Source: Octopus bimaculoides (taxonomy: Eukaryota). From it: a DNA stretch of 44,030 nt. The stretch's first letter is position 1. Every line of letters begins with the position of its first letter. The notes under the pieces were generated by a model, which was given only the letters and a program-made list of their open reading frames with translations, was not told where the DNA came from and did not search any database. The translations under genes were made by a program, and so were the position numbers. Below, piece by piece: positions 24,823-36,678 of this stretch. Where the stretch lies: positions 79,871,807 to 79,915,836 of the forward strand of contig NC_068985.1 in NCBI RefSeq assembly GCF_001194135.2, read 5' to 3'.

Positions 24823-25164
24823 GAAAATCGATAAAATTTGATCATCGTTTTTTTTTGTTTTGTTTTTTTGTTTTTTTCAATCTACGGAGAAATACCTGAA
24901 TAAGCCCTGTTTATTCATTTTTTTATATAGGTTATATATCATATAGAAATTTCAAATTCTCAAAATAATTCCTTAACCTAGATTCTTGGGATCGAAAGTG
25001 TTTCGGATTTTTTAAAAATGTAATTTCATTCCGAAATGGACGTACATCTGCCTTTATAAAAGACCCTAGTCTAAACATATTATTCATTTACATTTCTTCA
25101 CAGATATATCTCAAGAGTAAGTTTTATATCACCTGTATCTCTTGTATCAACTATCGGATATTAT

Positions 25165-25575
25165 TATACACCGCTGGTCACAATGCATTTCCAATTCTTT
25201 TTTCATTGCATCCTTCTTGGCCCAAATCATGGCCCAAATCATTTAATTACATCATCCACCCATCGTTGTGGAGACCTTCCAAGTAGACTTTTCCGTTATT
25301 TTCGATATCACTCGGCATCTGTGCAGGTCTAACTGTTGTTTGTACCTCGCCACATGTTCGGCCCATCGGAACTTGTGCTTTCGGCATTCTGCGATCATGT
25401 CGTTTACTCTGCTCCGTTCTCACATTACCTCATTTCGTATGTGCTCTCGCAATGATATTCCTAGCGGAGATCTTTACATGGCCCTTTGCATCCTAGCGAA
25501 TCGATGTACTGTCCGTTTCGTACAGCCACGTCACGCTTGCTCGTAAGAGCACAGCGCAGGTAGAGCAGTGCCGAA
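25165..25575 (-). mobile_element. RTE-clade LINE 3' coding remnant
   Basis: Minus-strand translation across frameshifts gives ...RFARMQRAM.RSPLGISLREHIR.E...KFRWAEHVARY...GRSPQRWVDDV, the C-terminal pattern of RTE reverse transcriptases. Confidence 0.7.
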
Positions 25576-26602
25576 ACCACTGATTGGTGAAACCACAATT
25601 TTTAATTAAGTTTGGTATATATAAATTTGGTGTGTACATGTATATATGCCCTAACTCTTCGAAACGCCAGTGTTTTAATGGTGGCAGCTGATGAAGGATA
25701 TGTTCTCTATGTGTCCTGCTTGTTTTTGTACCTTGTTTATCATTTTGTCTGGGGTTTTTTGCAACGTCATGTACCCAGATATGTATGTACATGTATATGA
25801 AGGTATGTACATACATGTACATATATATGCATATACTCATATATTGTTAACATATNNNNNNNNNNNNNNNNNNNNNNNNNNNNNNNNNNNNNNNNNNNNN
25901 NNNNNNNNNNNNNNNNNNNNNNNNNNNNNNNNNNNNNNNNNNNNNNNNNNNNNNNNNNNNNNNNNNNNNNNNNNNNNNNNNNNNNNNNNNNNNNNNNNNN
26001 NNNNNNNNNNNNNNNNNNNNNNNNNNNNNNNNNNNNNNNNNNNNNNNNNNNNNNNNNNNNNNNNNNNNNNNNNNNNNNNNNNNNNNNNNNNNNNNNNNNN
26101 NNNNNNNNNNNNNNNNNNNNNNNNNNNNNNNNNNNNNNNNNNNNNNNNNNNNNNNNNNNNNNNNNNNNNNNNNNNNNNNNNNNNNNNNNNNNNNNNNNNN
26201 NNNNNNNNNNNNNNNNNNNNNNNNNNNNNNNNNNNNNNNNNNNNNNNNNNNNNNNNNNNNNNNNNNNNNNNNNNNNNNNNNNNNNNNNNNNNNNNNNNNN
26301 NNNNNNNNNNNNNNNNNNNNNNNNNNNNNNNNNNNNNNNNNNNNNNNNNNNNNNNNNNNNNNNNNNNNNNNNNNNNNNNNNNNNNNNNNNNNNNNNNNNN
26401 NNNNNNNNNNNNNNNNNNNNNNNNNNNNNNNNNNNNNNNNNNNNNNNNNNNNNNNNNNNNNNNNNNNNNNNNNNNNNNNNNNNNNNNNNNNNNNNNNNNN
26501 NNNNNNNNNNNNNNNNNNNNNNNNNNNNNNNNNNNNNNNNNNNNNNNNNNNNNNNNNNNNNNNNNNNNNNNNNNNNNNNNNNNNNNNNNNNNNNNNNNNN
26601 NN

Positions 26603-27180
26603 TTATCATCTCGATGTAACGCTCAGAGTTCACAGCAACAGCATTTCTATTATTGTCTTCAAAACAGTAAGGACCAATGACGACAGCTTTTCCATCAGCA
26701 CACCAGACCGTCACTTTGGGGCTGTGCCAGTGGTCTTTCGTACGGTTCTCTCGGATTTTCAAGAGCCCAATAACAACAGTTCTGTTAATTCACCATGCCA
26801 TTAAGATGAAAATGAGCTTCCTCATTCATTAACAAAATGAGGTTGTCATTTGCCTCAAAAATTGCTTCCATCTGAGGTGCGAAGTTAAGCCGCTGTGCAT
26901 AGTCCCATGGTTTCAACTGTTGCCCAATGACCAATTTTTACGGGTGGAAATGTAGGTCTTCGTGCAAAATACGCCTTACCTATTGATTACCAATGCCAAG
27001 TACAGTAGAATGCCTCCGAGCAGAACGATTCGGACTCCGTATCAAAGCTTGTCTAATACGTTCTACATTTTCTTACGTTGGGTGAATGCACTTCGTACAC
27101 GAGGAGCACTAATGAATAGGAGACCGGTGGGGGCGCCACGAACGTATTCTTGTGGCAGAGTCCGAGGTTATAGTTCATCG
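26603..27180 (-). mobile_element. DD41D (rosa/Visitor)-like mariner transposase fragment
   Basis: ENVERIRQALIRSPNRSARRHS, ILHEDLHFHP.K, EEAHFHLNGMVN.QNCCYWALENP and HSPKVTVWC..VIGPYCFED..VNSERY. The remainder is lost in the N-gap. Confidence 0.78.
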
Positions 27181-27727
27181 TCATTCTATATTGGAAATCT
27201 ATCATTGTGCTCCAGATATACTAGTTTTTACGCATGCAAGACAAGACATAATGGTGATTACAGATTTTCTTTAATTGTAGTAAGTTTGACACACAGCTGT
27301 TTCCAGTAGTCATTATAGGTTCGTTATTGATAAGTTTACCCAATTGATCGGTTGACAAAGATTGAGCAAATGTAAGTATTTTAATTTTCCCATTAAGATC
27401 GTTGCTGCTTCGGTGGACAAGAAGGCATGAGCGTTGAGAATAAGTAAAGCAACACATAGGTAGTGGTTTCAAATCTCTTCCAGAAATTACACACACGCAT
27501 ATACACACACACACACACACACATATATATACACATATGTATGTATGTATATATATATATATATATAAGCAAAGTAGCCAATAAGAGATCTAGTTAAATA
27601 TTTTTATTTAAGCAACAAAATTTCTCTCTTTTAAACGGGACACACGCGTCAGGTACGTATAAAAACAAATTGGCGTATTAATATTAGTGATGTACGCATG
27701 TATATATATATATACGTATGTATGTAT

Positions 27728-27965
27728 AAAAAGTAATGTTTGTTACCACTTCAGCGTGACTCTTCCTTACAGAACTATGCAACTACATTTTAACCACAGG
27801 AAAACAACTTTTCCAGCTGGTTAACGACACACAGCCTGTGTCTGACAGCAGATACAGGTTGTGTGTCGTTAACCAGCTAGAGAAGGTGGTTTCCAGAGGT
27901 TAAAGTGTAGTAACATAGTTCTGTATGGAACAGTAACGCTGAAGTGGCAACAAACATTACTTTTT
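27728..27965. repeat. Foldback palindrome with 117-bp arms and a 4-nt loop (probable MITE)
   Basis: Manual alignment of 27728-27844 to the reverse complement of 27849-27965 gives 102/117 matches with no indels. Confidence 0.93.
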
Positions 27966-28043
27966 AGTATCGTTACTACTTGCATCTCTTATAGAGATTT
28001 TAGAACTAGCTATTTTGCTTATGTGTATATGTGTGTGTATATG

Positions 28044-28080
<37 letters not shown>

Positions 28081-28379
28081 ATCTGTCTGTGTGCGTATGC
28101 ATGCATGTGTTTGTACGTACGTATGTATGTATGTATGTATGTTTGCATGTATGATTCTGTGCAAGTAAGTACAACATTGTGACAGTGTACTGAAATAAGA
28201 CATAAAACCATAAATAAGCTATGTTATGTGAGTAGCATATTTCAAATTTATCATCTTTCAGATCAACTGTGCAGTTGTTTATATTTTGGTCTGAATTGCT
28301 TTACTGGATATAAAATTTGTACGTTTGGCTATTATGCTTTATGTAACCGCAATCATCCAGCTGAATGGTGCAACATGGC

Positions 28380-28610
28380 TACGAAATCTGATCCAAAAGT
28401 ATCTGGACTAGTGCTATAAATAGAAAACTGCGACATATGTCAATTCAGCATTTTATTTCCATTGAGGGAAGCATTCCTGAAACTCCTTTTTCAAGAAAGC
28501 AGCTGCCTCATTGCATTCTCTTGGATTTCCTCAACGTCTTGAAATCTTGTCGGGGACTTCCATTGCGAAAACTGAGCCTTGGTCTCGGGCTCAATGAATA
28601 AAGTTAGACA
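28380..28610 (-). mobile_element. Internally deleted mariner (DD34D-type) remnant with one TIR
   Basis: TIR-like tacgaaatctgatccaaaagtatctggact at 28380. Minus strand encodes EPETKAQFSQWKSP fused directly to RFQDVEEIQENAMRQL..KEFQECFPQWK. Confidence 0.7.
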
Positions 28611-28719
28611 TATATTAGGTGCGGATTATGTATGCTGATGAAAGAGGTAAAACAAGATGGTGTGACCTACCACATAACTTCTGAGTACTGTAAGCAATTT
28701 TCCATGACTATTTGTTAAC

Positions 28720-28920
28720 AGACTGTGATATTTTGGCTTCGGCGTCTCATCTGTCTTCGCTTTCCGTGTTCAAATTCTGCTGCGATCGACTTTGCCTTTT
28801 TATCCTTTCGGGGTCGATGAAATAGTACCAGTTACGCTCTGGAGTCGATGTAATCGATTATCCCCCTCCCTCAAAATTTCAGGCATTGTATCTGTAGTAG
28901 AAAGTATTATTAGTAACAAT
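28720..28920 (+). mobile_element. tRNA-derived SINE family E
   Basis: B-box-like gtgttcaaattc followed by gactttgccttt..atcctttcggggtcgatgaaatagtaccag..ggagtcgatgtaatcga. Confidence 0.8.
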
Positions 28921-29069
28921 TATTGTGCCTAGCGGACTTATGCTCATCCGGCTCCCATATGTACGACACTTTCTCTCTCAACCGTTACACTGCCGCATTA
29001 GATACGGGACAACTTTTTTATACATTTAAAAACTTTTTGTAAAAAGTGCATCTTTTGCCGGCAAATATG

Positions 29070-29196
29070 GTACTCTTTTACTCTTTTACTTGTTTCAGTC
29101 GTTTGACTGCGGCCATGCTGGAGCACCGCCTTTAGTCGAGCAAATCGACCCCAGGACTTATTCTTTGGAAACCTAGTACTTATTCTATCGGTCTCT
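29070..29196 (-). mobile_element. SINE family A 3' end running into a gap
   Basis: Near-identical to the reverse complement of 15170-15290. Confidence 0.88.
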
Positions 29197-30016
29197 NNNN
29201 NNNNNNNNNNNNNNNNNNNNNNNNNNNNNNNNNNNNNNNNNNNNNNNNNNNNNNNNNNNNNNNNNNNNNNNNNNNNNNNNNNNNNNNNNNNNNNNNNNNN
29301 NNNNNNNNNNNNNNNNNNNNNNNNNNNNNNNNNNNNNNNNNNNNNNNNNNNNNNNNNNNNNNNNNNNNNNNNNNNNNNNNNNNNNNNNNNNNNNNNNNNN
29401 NNNNNNNNNNNNNNNNNNNNNNNNNNNNNNNNNNNNNNNNNNNNNNNNNNNNNNNNNNNNNNNNNNNNNNNNNNNNNNNNNNNNNNNNNNNNNNNNNNNN
29501 NNNNNNNNNNNNNNNNNNNNNNNNNNNNNNNNNNNNNNNNNNNNNNNNNNNNNNNNNNNNNNNNNNNNNNNNNNNNNNNNNNNNNNNNNNNNNNNNNNNN
29601 NNNNNNNNNNNNNNNNNNNNNNNNNNNNNNNNNNNNNNNNNNNNNNNNNNNNNNNNNNNNNNNNNNNNNNNNNNNNNNNNNNNNNNNNNNNNNNNNNNNN
29701 NNNNNNNNNNNNNNNNNNNNNNNNNNNNNNNNNNNNNNNNNNNNNNNNNNNNNNNNNNNNNNNNNNNNNNNNNNNNNNNNNNNNNNNNNNNNNNNNNNNN
29801 NNNNNNNNNNNNNNNNNNNNNNNNNNNNNNNNNNNNNNNNNNNNNNNNNNNNNNNNNNNNNNNNNNNNNNNNNNNNNNNNNNNNNNNNNNNNNNNNNNNN
29901 NNNNNNNNNNNNNNNNNNNNNNNNNNNNNNNNNNNNNNNNNNNNNNNNNNNNNNNNNNNNNNNNNNNNNNNNNNNNNNNNNNNNNNNNNNNNNNNNNNNN
30001 NNNNNNNNNNNNNNNN

Positions 30017-30337
30017 TTCCCAGACCGGGCGTTGTGAGTGTTTATTGAGCGAAAACACCTAAAAGCTCCACGAGGCTACGGTAGGGGATGGTGGCGAACC
30101 CTGCTGTACTCTTTCACCACAACTTTCTCTCACTCTAACTTCCTGTTTCTGTTGTGCCTGTAATTCAAAGGGTCAGCCTTGTCACACTCTGTGTCACGCT
30201 GAATATCCCCGAGAACTACGTTAAGGGTACACGTGTCTGTGGAGTGCTCAGCCACCTGTACATTAATTTCACGAGCAGGCTGTTCCGTTGATCTGATCAA
30301 CTGGAACCCTCGACGTCGTAAGCGACTGAGTGCCAAC
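30017..30337 (+). mobile_element. SINE family B variant (shared 3' module, different middle)
   Basis: 30160-30335 aligns with 34120-34292; the upstream part differs. Confidence 0.8.
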
Positions 30338-30822
30338 AAAATCATTTAAGTTATTCATGGCGGGATTTGAACTCAGAACGCAAAGTACTGTAACAAATGC
30401 CGTAAGGAATTCTGCCCAATGATCTTACCATAGCAACAGACACATCCCTGTCCATTACCTCTTAACATCCTATGAAAAATTCTATAAGTGTAATGATTCT
30501 GCTATAGAACAGAAACAAATAATGGAATAAAGGATCAATGTATCTTATCTACATTAGAGAGTTCCTTACTTCCATCAAAATGAATCTTAATAAGGTCATT
30601 ATGGTTCTTGTGATATCGTGCGTTTCAGGACTGGCTGGCTAACGCTGTCTTGTGTGGTCCTGTGACTTACAGAGATTTAAGAGTTAATTATACAAAACTG
30701 AAATCGATTAACTGGATCAGGCAAAAAACATGTCCGTGCAATTACAATACGGGCAAACAGCAACGAACTGCGTCGCACAGCATAGAACAAAACTTGACAG
30801 GAAAACATTACCTAACAAGCGC

Positions 30823-31190
30823 TGGCATGGCTGTGTGGATAAGAAGCTCGCTTTGCAACCACGTGGTTTCGGGATCAGTTCCACTGTGCGGCACCTTAGA
30901 CAAGTGTCTTCTACTATACCTTTGTCCACCAGCGCCTTATCAGTGAATTTGTTAGATAAGAACTATCTAGAAGCTCGCTGTATATATGTATAAGTATGTG
31001 TTTGTGTTAATGTTTGTTTCCCACTTCGCTTAACAACCGGTGTTCGTTTTTTTACGTCCGCATAACGTAGCGTTTCGGCCAAAGACACCGATAGAATAAG
31101 TGACAGATTTAAAAATATAAGTACTGGGGTCGATTTGTTCAACTTAAACCTTTCGAGGCGGTGCCTAGCATGCTCGCAGTCCAATGAACA
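30823..31190 (+). mobile_element. Near full-length SINE family A with a short central microsatellite
   Basis: Head (ggctgtgtggataagaagctcgc...), a short TA/TG core and the 3' half are contiguous. Confidence 0.8.
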
Positions 31191-31404
31191 ACATATTTAA
31201 CAGTCAAAAGAGGAACAAGGAAAAACGTTTTAGCAAAGAAAGATGTCCATCAAATAGAACAAAGCATGTATGTACGATGATACAGAAAGAGAGAAAATAT
31301 GCGGCGTCTATAGCAGCATAAGTCTATTCTCCGGAACAGTCACTAGTGAGGCAAAGTTAAGAAATGTAAATAGTTTGAGACAATTTCTTCGGTCAATGGA
31401 CCGA

Positions 31405-33221
31405 TCTGGAGGTTTTGTCAACCGTTATGCATAAAAACTCGATTACATTATGAAGAAGATGCTACTTAGTAATAACACGATTTTTTGACACATTGCTGAA
31501 ATGGCCAACGATGTCAAACATCAACTTATCAATATTCTCCAGCATTCTGAATTTTCTATACAAGTGGATGAGTCAACTTTTGTGGACAATCAATGTTTGA
31601 TGTTGGTATATGTTCAGTATTTCAGCGAAGACCTTCGGCCTTGTGAGGAAATGCTGTTCACAGAGAAATTGCCGCTTGATTCGAAAGGTGCAACTATTTT
31701 TCACAGTCTCAAGTCTTTCCTTTTTGAACATAATATCCCACTCAATAATATTCTTACATGTGCATCTGATGGGGCCCCTTCACTGATAGGAAGATGCAAA
31801 GGTTTTTCATCTCTCCAAAAGCGTGAAATTTCCCACCAGATGCTAACTGTTCATTGCTTGGCACACCGGGAGTATTTAATGGCAAACAATATGAATGGTA
31901 GATTGAATGATGCGCTACAGTTAGTTATCAAGAGTGTGAATAAACTGAAGTCCAGTCCTTGTCTGATCGAATTTTCCGTCAACTCTGTCTGAGAAATGAT
32001 GAGGACTATACTACACTCTTATACCATACCGAAATGCGGTGGCTGTCAAAAGGAAACTGTGTTTTACGCTTTGTTAAACTGTTTCATATATTCATATCTT
32101 TCTTTGAAGATACTCCACTATCCACTTCATTGATGGTTGCAAGGTGCGATATCTTTTTTCTTCGTGATATATTCACAAAATTATATGATTCGAATATGTT
32201 ATTGCAAGGAAACAGAAAAACTCTCGGTGATTGTAAATCATTTACCACTACCTTCATTTCAAAATTGGTGCTGTATATGACGAACATTTCAAAACGTCAA
32301 TTCCATCAATTTCCACAACTTGATTCTTTGAAAGATGAATTGGTTTATGAGGATTTAACTACATATCGCAAATATTTACAATCATTGCACGATGACATGA
32401 TGGAGCGATTTCAAGAAGTTATTGCGCTGAATATTCCAAATTAGTATAGCAATCCGGTTGAGGTCGCTGCAGTCAATTGTAAGGATGACGTTCAAGCGGA
32501 ATTGATAGAATTACAAAATGACAATGACGCCACAATGTGATATCGCCGTATTGGCAAAGGTTTGTGGTACCATCAAAGTATATTAAATTCCTACCCCAAT
32601 CTGAGGAAAATTACTTTTGCTTGCCTTCCCTACCTCGTACCTGATTGAATCTAGTTTTAGTCATTTGGAACTTTACTTTCCCAGAAAAGAATTGAACTGG
32701 ATGTGACACAACGAAAAGATTTGTGGCTAAAGCTGACAAGTTTGAAACCGAATGTATCTACACTAGCTACATCGCAGCAGACACATGGTTCTCATTAAAA
32801 AGTTGTATTCTTTTCCTTTATAATACAATCTTTAATTATTTTTTCATCAGTACTTCTGAACAATGGTTCATTTGGGAAAAATTAAAATCAGTGTAAAAGA
32901 AAGTGCAAGTTTACCGAAGTTAATCTGTCTGCATAATATAAACTTAACGTTAGAATTTTATTTACACTAACAGCAAAATTGAACCCACAATGAGGGATTT
33001 GTAAACAACCGCATATTTAGTCCAAACGGTACTAACCAGGTAATGAGTCTACAATATAGTGTGTGTTAAATGATGCAGGGGGGGTGTTCTCCTAGGGGAT
33101 TCAGTGTTAGGGGGACGGTTGTACCAGGGTTTACTTTTATTTACACAGGTGGGTGATGTAGCAATTTTTAGTCGATAAGTGGGCGATATTGCAAATTGAC
33201 GCGAAAAGTTGGGAAACACTG
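31405..33221 (+). mobile_element. hAT transposon remnant of the Buster/Charlie type (ZBED8/SCAND3-like transposase); right TIR present
   Basis: LSNNTI..IAEMANDV, FSIQVDEST, CASDGAPSLIG, VHCLAHRE, LYHTEMRWLSKG, AFPTSYLIESSFS and terminal QTHGSH* (about 32798). Right end aaaagttgggaaacactg at 33204-33221. Frameshift near 31975; left TIR not found. Confidence 0.88.
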
Positions 33222-33235
33222 GACTGTAGACTTGA

Positions 33236-33310
33236 AATTTTGGGGGAGGGGTAAGTCGACCCTAGTACTCAACTGCTAACGATTCTGCCAGCTCGCCGCC
33301 TTAATAAAAA
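33236..33310 (-). mobile_element. Internally deleted SINE family E
   Basis: The reverse complement starts ggcggcgagctggcagaatcgttagc (head) and jumps to the 3' module. Confidence 0.6.
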
Positions 33311-33632
33311 TAGTTTTTAAAATGTATGATAATTACACATGCAAACAATAAAACCTTCATCCACATGACAGCTTAAGAAAGGCATAGAAATTTCCAAACA
33401 AACTATAAATGGTGGATTAAAAAAAATTAAATTCGTATAAAAAGAAAATTAATTCTAAAAGCAAAATAAGAATTTCAGGGGAAGTAACTCCTGGTGCCAA
33501 AGATATTTTCAATACTTGCTTATTTCCCTTGCATAACAAACGAAATAATTAACACACTAGCAATTCTATCGAACAGTCCTTCACGTACTTATTACCCTAC
33601 ACAATCATTATTCAACATCATTAGTAAAAGTC

Positions 33633-33672
<40 letters not shown>

Positions 33673-33972
33673 GCACACACAATGTACGTATGTGCAGTAG
33701 AGTCTCGCGCATGAATAGACGAAGTTAAATACCTTCGATTAAATAAGATTGATCCGAGAATCGGACGATTTAAATACTTATATAGAGGTGCTTCAAATCT
33801 AAAAACAAGAATTAAATGTCTCTTGAATGTAGGTCTTGTTTTTTGATCTCAGTAAGTAGAAATCTTTTATCTCATTGTATACATACATACATACATACAT
33901 ACATACACGTATACATACATACACTCATACATGCATGCGTGCAAGCAAGGGTGTGTGTATATGTGTGTATGT

Positions 33973-34292
33973 GAAGGCGCGTGGCTTAGTGGTTAGGGCA
34001 TTCGGCTCACGATTGTAAGGTCGTGAGTTCGATTCCCGGCGACGCGTTGTGTCCTTGAGCAAGACACTTTATTTCTCGTTGCTCCAGTCCACTCAGCTGG
34101 CAAAAATGAGTAGTACCTGTATTTCAAAGGGCCGGCCTTGTCACACTCTGTGTCACGCTGAATCTCCCTGGGAACTACGTTAAGGGTACACGTGTCTGTG
34201 GATTGCTCAGCCTCATGAACGTTAATTTCACGAGCAAGCTGTTCCGTTGATTGTATCAGCTGGGACCCGCGTCGTCGTAACCGACGGAGTGC
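33973..34292 (+). mobile_element. Full-length, CpG-rich tRNA-derived SINE family B
   Basis: A box tggcttagtgg (33982-33992), B box gttcgattcc (34027-34036), then a CORE-like ccttgagcaagacactt segment and the shared 3' module. Confidence 0.88.
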
Positions 34293-34298
34293 TCCTTA

Positions 34299-34329
<31 letters not shown>

Positions 34330-34344
34330 ATGTGTGTGTGTGTG

Positions 34345-34686
34345 TGTATTCTTTTATTTGTTTCAGTCATTTGACTGCGGCCATGCTGGAGCACTGCCTT
34401 TAGTTGAACAAATCGACCCCAGGACTTATTCTTTGTAAGCCTAGTACTTATTCTATGGGTCTCTTTTGCCGAACCGCTAAGTTATGGGGACGTAAATACA
34501 CCAACATCGGTTGTCAAGTGATGGTAATGGGGACATACACAGACATATAANNNNNNNNNNNNNNNNNNNNNNNNNNNNNNNNNNNNNNNNNNNNNNNNNN
34601 NNNNNNNNNNNNNNNNNNNNNNNNNNNNNNNNNNNNNNNNNNNNNNNNNNNNNNNNNNNNNNNNNNNNNNNNNNNNNNNNNNNNNN

Positions 34687-34724
<38 letters not shown>

Positions 34725-34795
34725 GACAGGCTTCTTTCAGTTTCCATCTACCAAATCCACTCACAAGGCTTTGATCAGCTCGAGGCTATAGCAGA
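34345..34795 (-). mobile_element. SINE family A with gapped central microsatellite; head truncated
   Basis: Tail at 34345-34545, gap inside (TA)n, partial head at 34722-34795. Confidence 0.85.
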
Positions 34796-34854
34796 AGAAA
34801 CTTATATGTATGTATGTATGTATGTAAAGATAAGAGCCAACAGAATCATTATTG

Positions 34855-35030
34855 TATTGGATATAATGCTTAGTGGCATTTTGTCTGTCTTCATTCGGAG
34901 TTCAAATGCTGCTGACTTCACATTTCATCCTTTCAGGGTTGATGAAATAAGTACCAGTTGAGCACTGTGTCAAAGTAATCAACTATCCTCCTTTCCAAAA
35001 ATTTCGGGCTTTGTGCCTATAATAGACAGC
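34855..35030 (+). mobile_element. SINE family E (CpG-decayed)
   Basis: ggagttcaaat...catttcatcctttcagggttgatgaaataagtaccag. Confidence 0.72.
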
Positions 35031-35032
35031 TA

Positions 35033-35078
<46 letters not shown>

Positions 35079-36299
35079 TAGCAATGTAGGTGTTTCTAAC
35101 GTCTTAGTCATATTTATAGTTTTCTTTTTGGTAAAATATTGCATACTGCTGTCTATATTAATTATATATATGTATATATACATATATATGTGGGGGGGGG
35201 TGTATTAATCCAAATAAGAAGGCAATGAAAAGGGTTTAGCTCATCTTTTATGACTAGTTACAATTGTTTCAGTACTACTCTGTTTTAATGCCATTGCATG
35301 CAAACCTTCCATGTGAAAACTTATATATTTGCAATTTTAAATGTTAGAGAGGCAAAAAGTGAGCTCTTACATTGTTCATATGTCAAACACTATGACCAAA
35401 TTCTATCTACAAAGCATTAATTAACTGAAGCCTTCACGGAAGACACTTTCACAGTGCCACATTGTGAAATTGAACTGAGTCTGTTTGTGAAGTGAACTTA
35501 TTAACTACATGACTATAACACACCAGTATCTGAATTACAGACTTATATGTAAAGTTAAAAAATATTGATTTATAAACTAGAAAATAATGACATTATTACA
35601 GAGGGATGATCGTCCTAAATCTAAGTGGCAAGATATTATTAAACTCTTGTTTCTAATAATTCTGATGTTTATAAATTAGTATCTTTTAGGAAGGTATGCA
35701 ATAGTGTATTTGTAGATAGATCTGAAATTTTATTCTCACCATCAATAAAGTCAGCACAATAATTTTACAGTCACAGGACCTGGAGCTTCAAAAAGTATCA
35801 TACATCTTGATTGATATCTTACATATTGATAAGCATGTCATAGTTTAATGAAATGATCTCACTATAAATTTGTGACCTTTATTTTATTGGCTAAGGAAGG
35901 ATGCATGTCAAAGTAGACTGATTGGATTTGAACACAGAACCAGGTGCAGACCACTCTCCCTACAACTATCAAATCATGGATAAGCCTCTAGCATGTTTAT
36001 GTCTGTTTGCAACTACATGGGTTCCTAAAACAACAGAAGTATGGCTACTTGCTATCAAGTCATCTTCAGCTGTGAACGATGTCTGTAGTTTATATGTAGG
36101 TGCATATCTTTTGGATATGTATATCATGAAAGATGTAAATCCTAGTAATTGATAAAATAGTGATTTCAAAGAAAAACACCTTGTGATAGTTGTTCCATCT
36201 GAGTTGTACAGATGCATCCTTATCACTCTTGTCTTTGTAAGCATAATAATGAGTCTGAGGGAAACTTTTAACCAAAACACTATTTTTTGCAAAAGGTGA

Positions 36300-36678
36300 A
36301 AGGTAAAGAACCCCTTCAGTCATGAATGATCATCACACTGCACCTAGAAAGTTACCTTCCTAGGCACAAATCTGGGCAAGGTTGTTTATGGAAGACCAGC
36401 AGTCGCCAATCCTTACCCGCCTCTCCTCTTCGTGTCATGAAGACGAGCAGTCACCCATGCATACCAGTCTCCTCTCCCTACACCACCGATGTTATCCAGG
36501 GAAAGGCAAAGGCCGATACAGCTTGGCACCAGTGATGTCACAACTCATTTCTAAAGCTGAGTAAATTGGAGTAATGTCTTGCTCAAGAATACAACACACA
36601 ACCTGGTCTGGGAATTGAACTCACTACCTGATGATTCTGAGCCCAATTCTCTAACCACTGAGCCATGTGCCTTCACAA
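36300..36678 (-). mobile_element. SINE with a family B head and an alternative 3' module
   Basis: The reverse complement begins tgtgaaggcacatggctcagtggttagag...gagttcaattccc...cttgagcaagaca; its tail differs from 33973 and ends in ctttacc-type repeats. Confidence 0.72.

Noticed and set aside
25640-25770. GAAAC...CTGATGA arrangement suggesting a type II hammerhead
   Set aside because: Stem I cannot be formed convincingly and no GAAA follows the second stem; at most a decayed Penelope-type terminal fragment.
31501-32444. Domesticated ZBED8/SCAND3-like host gene
   Set aside because: Frameshift, in-frame stops and a retained terminal inverted repeat indicate a decayed transposon.
33973-34040. 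tRNA gene (also other A/B-box heads in the window)
   Set aside because: No complete cloverleaf, and each continues into a shared SINE body.
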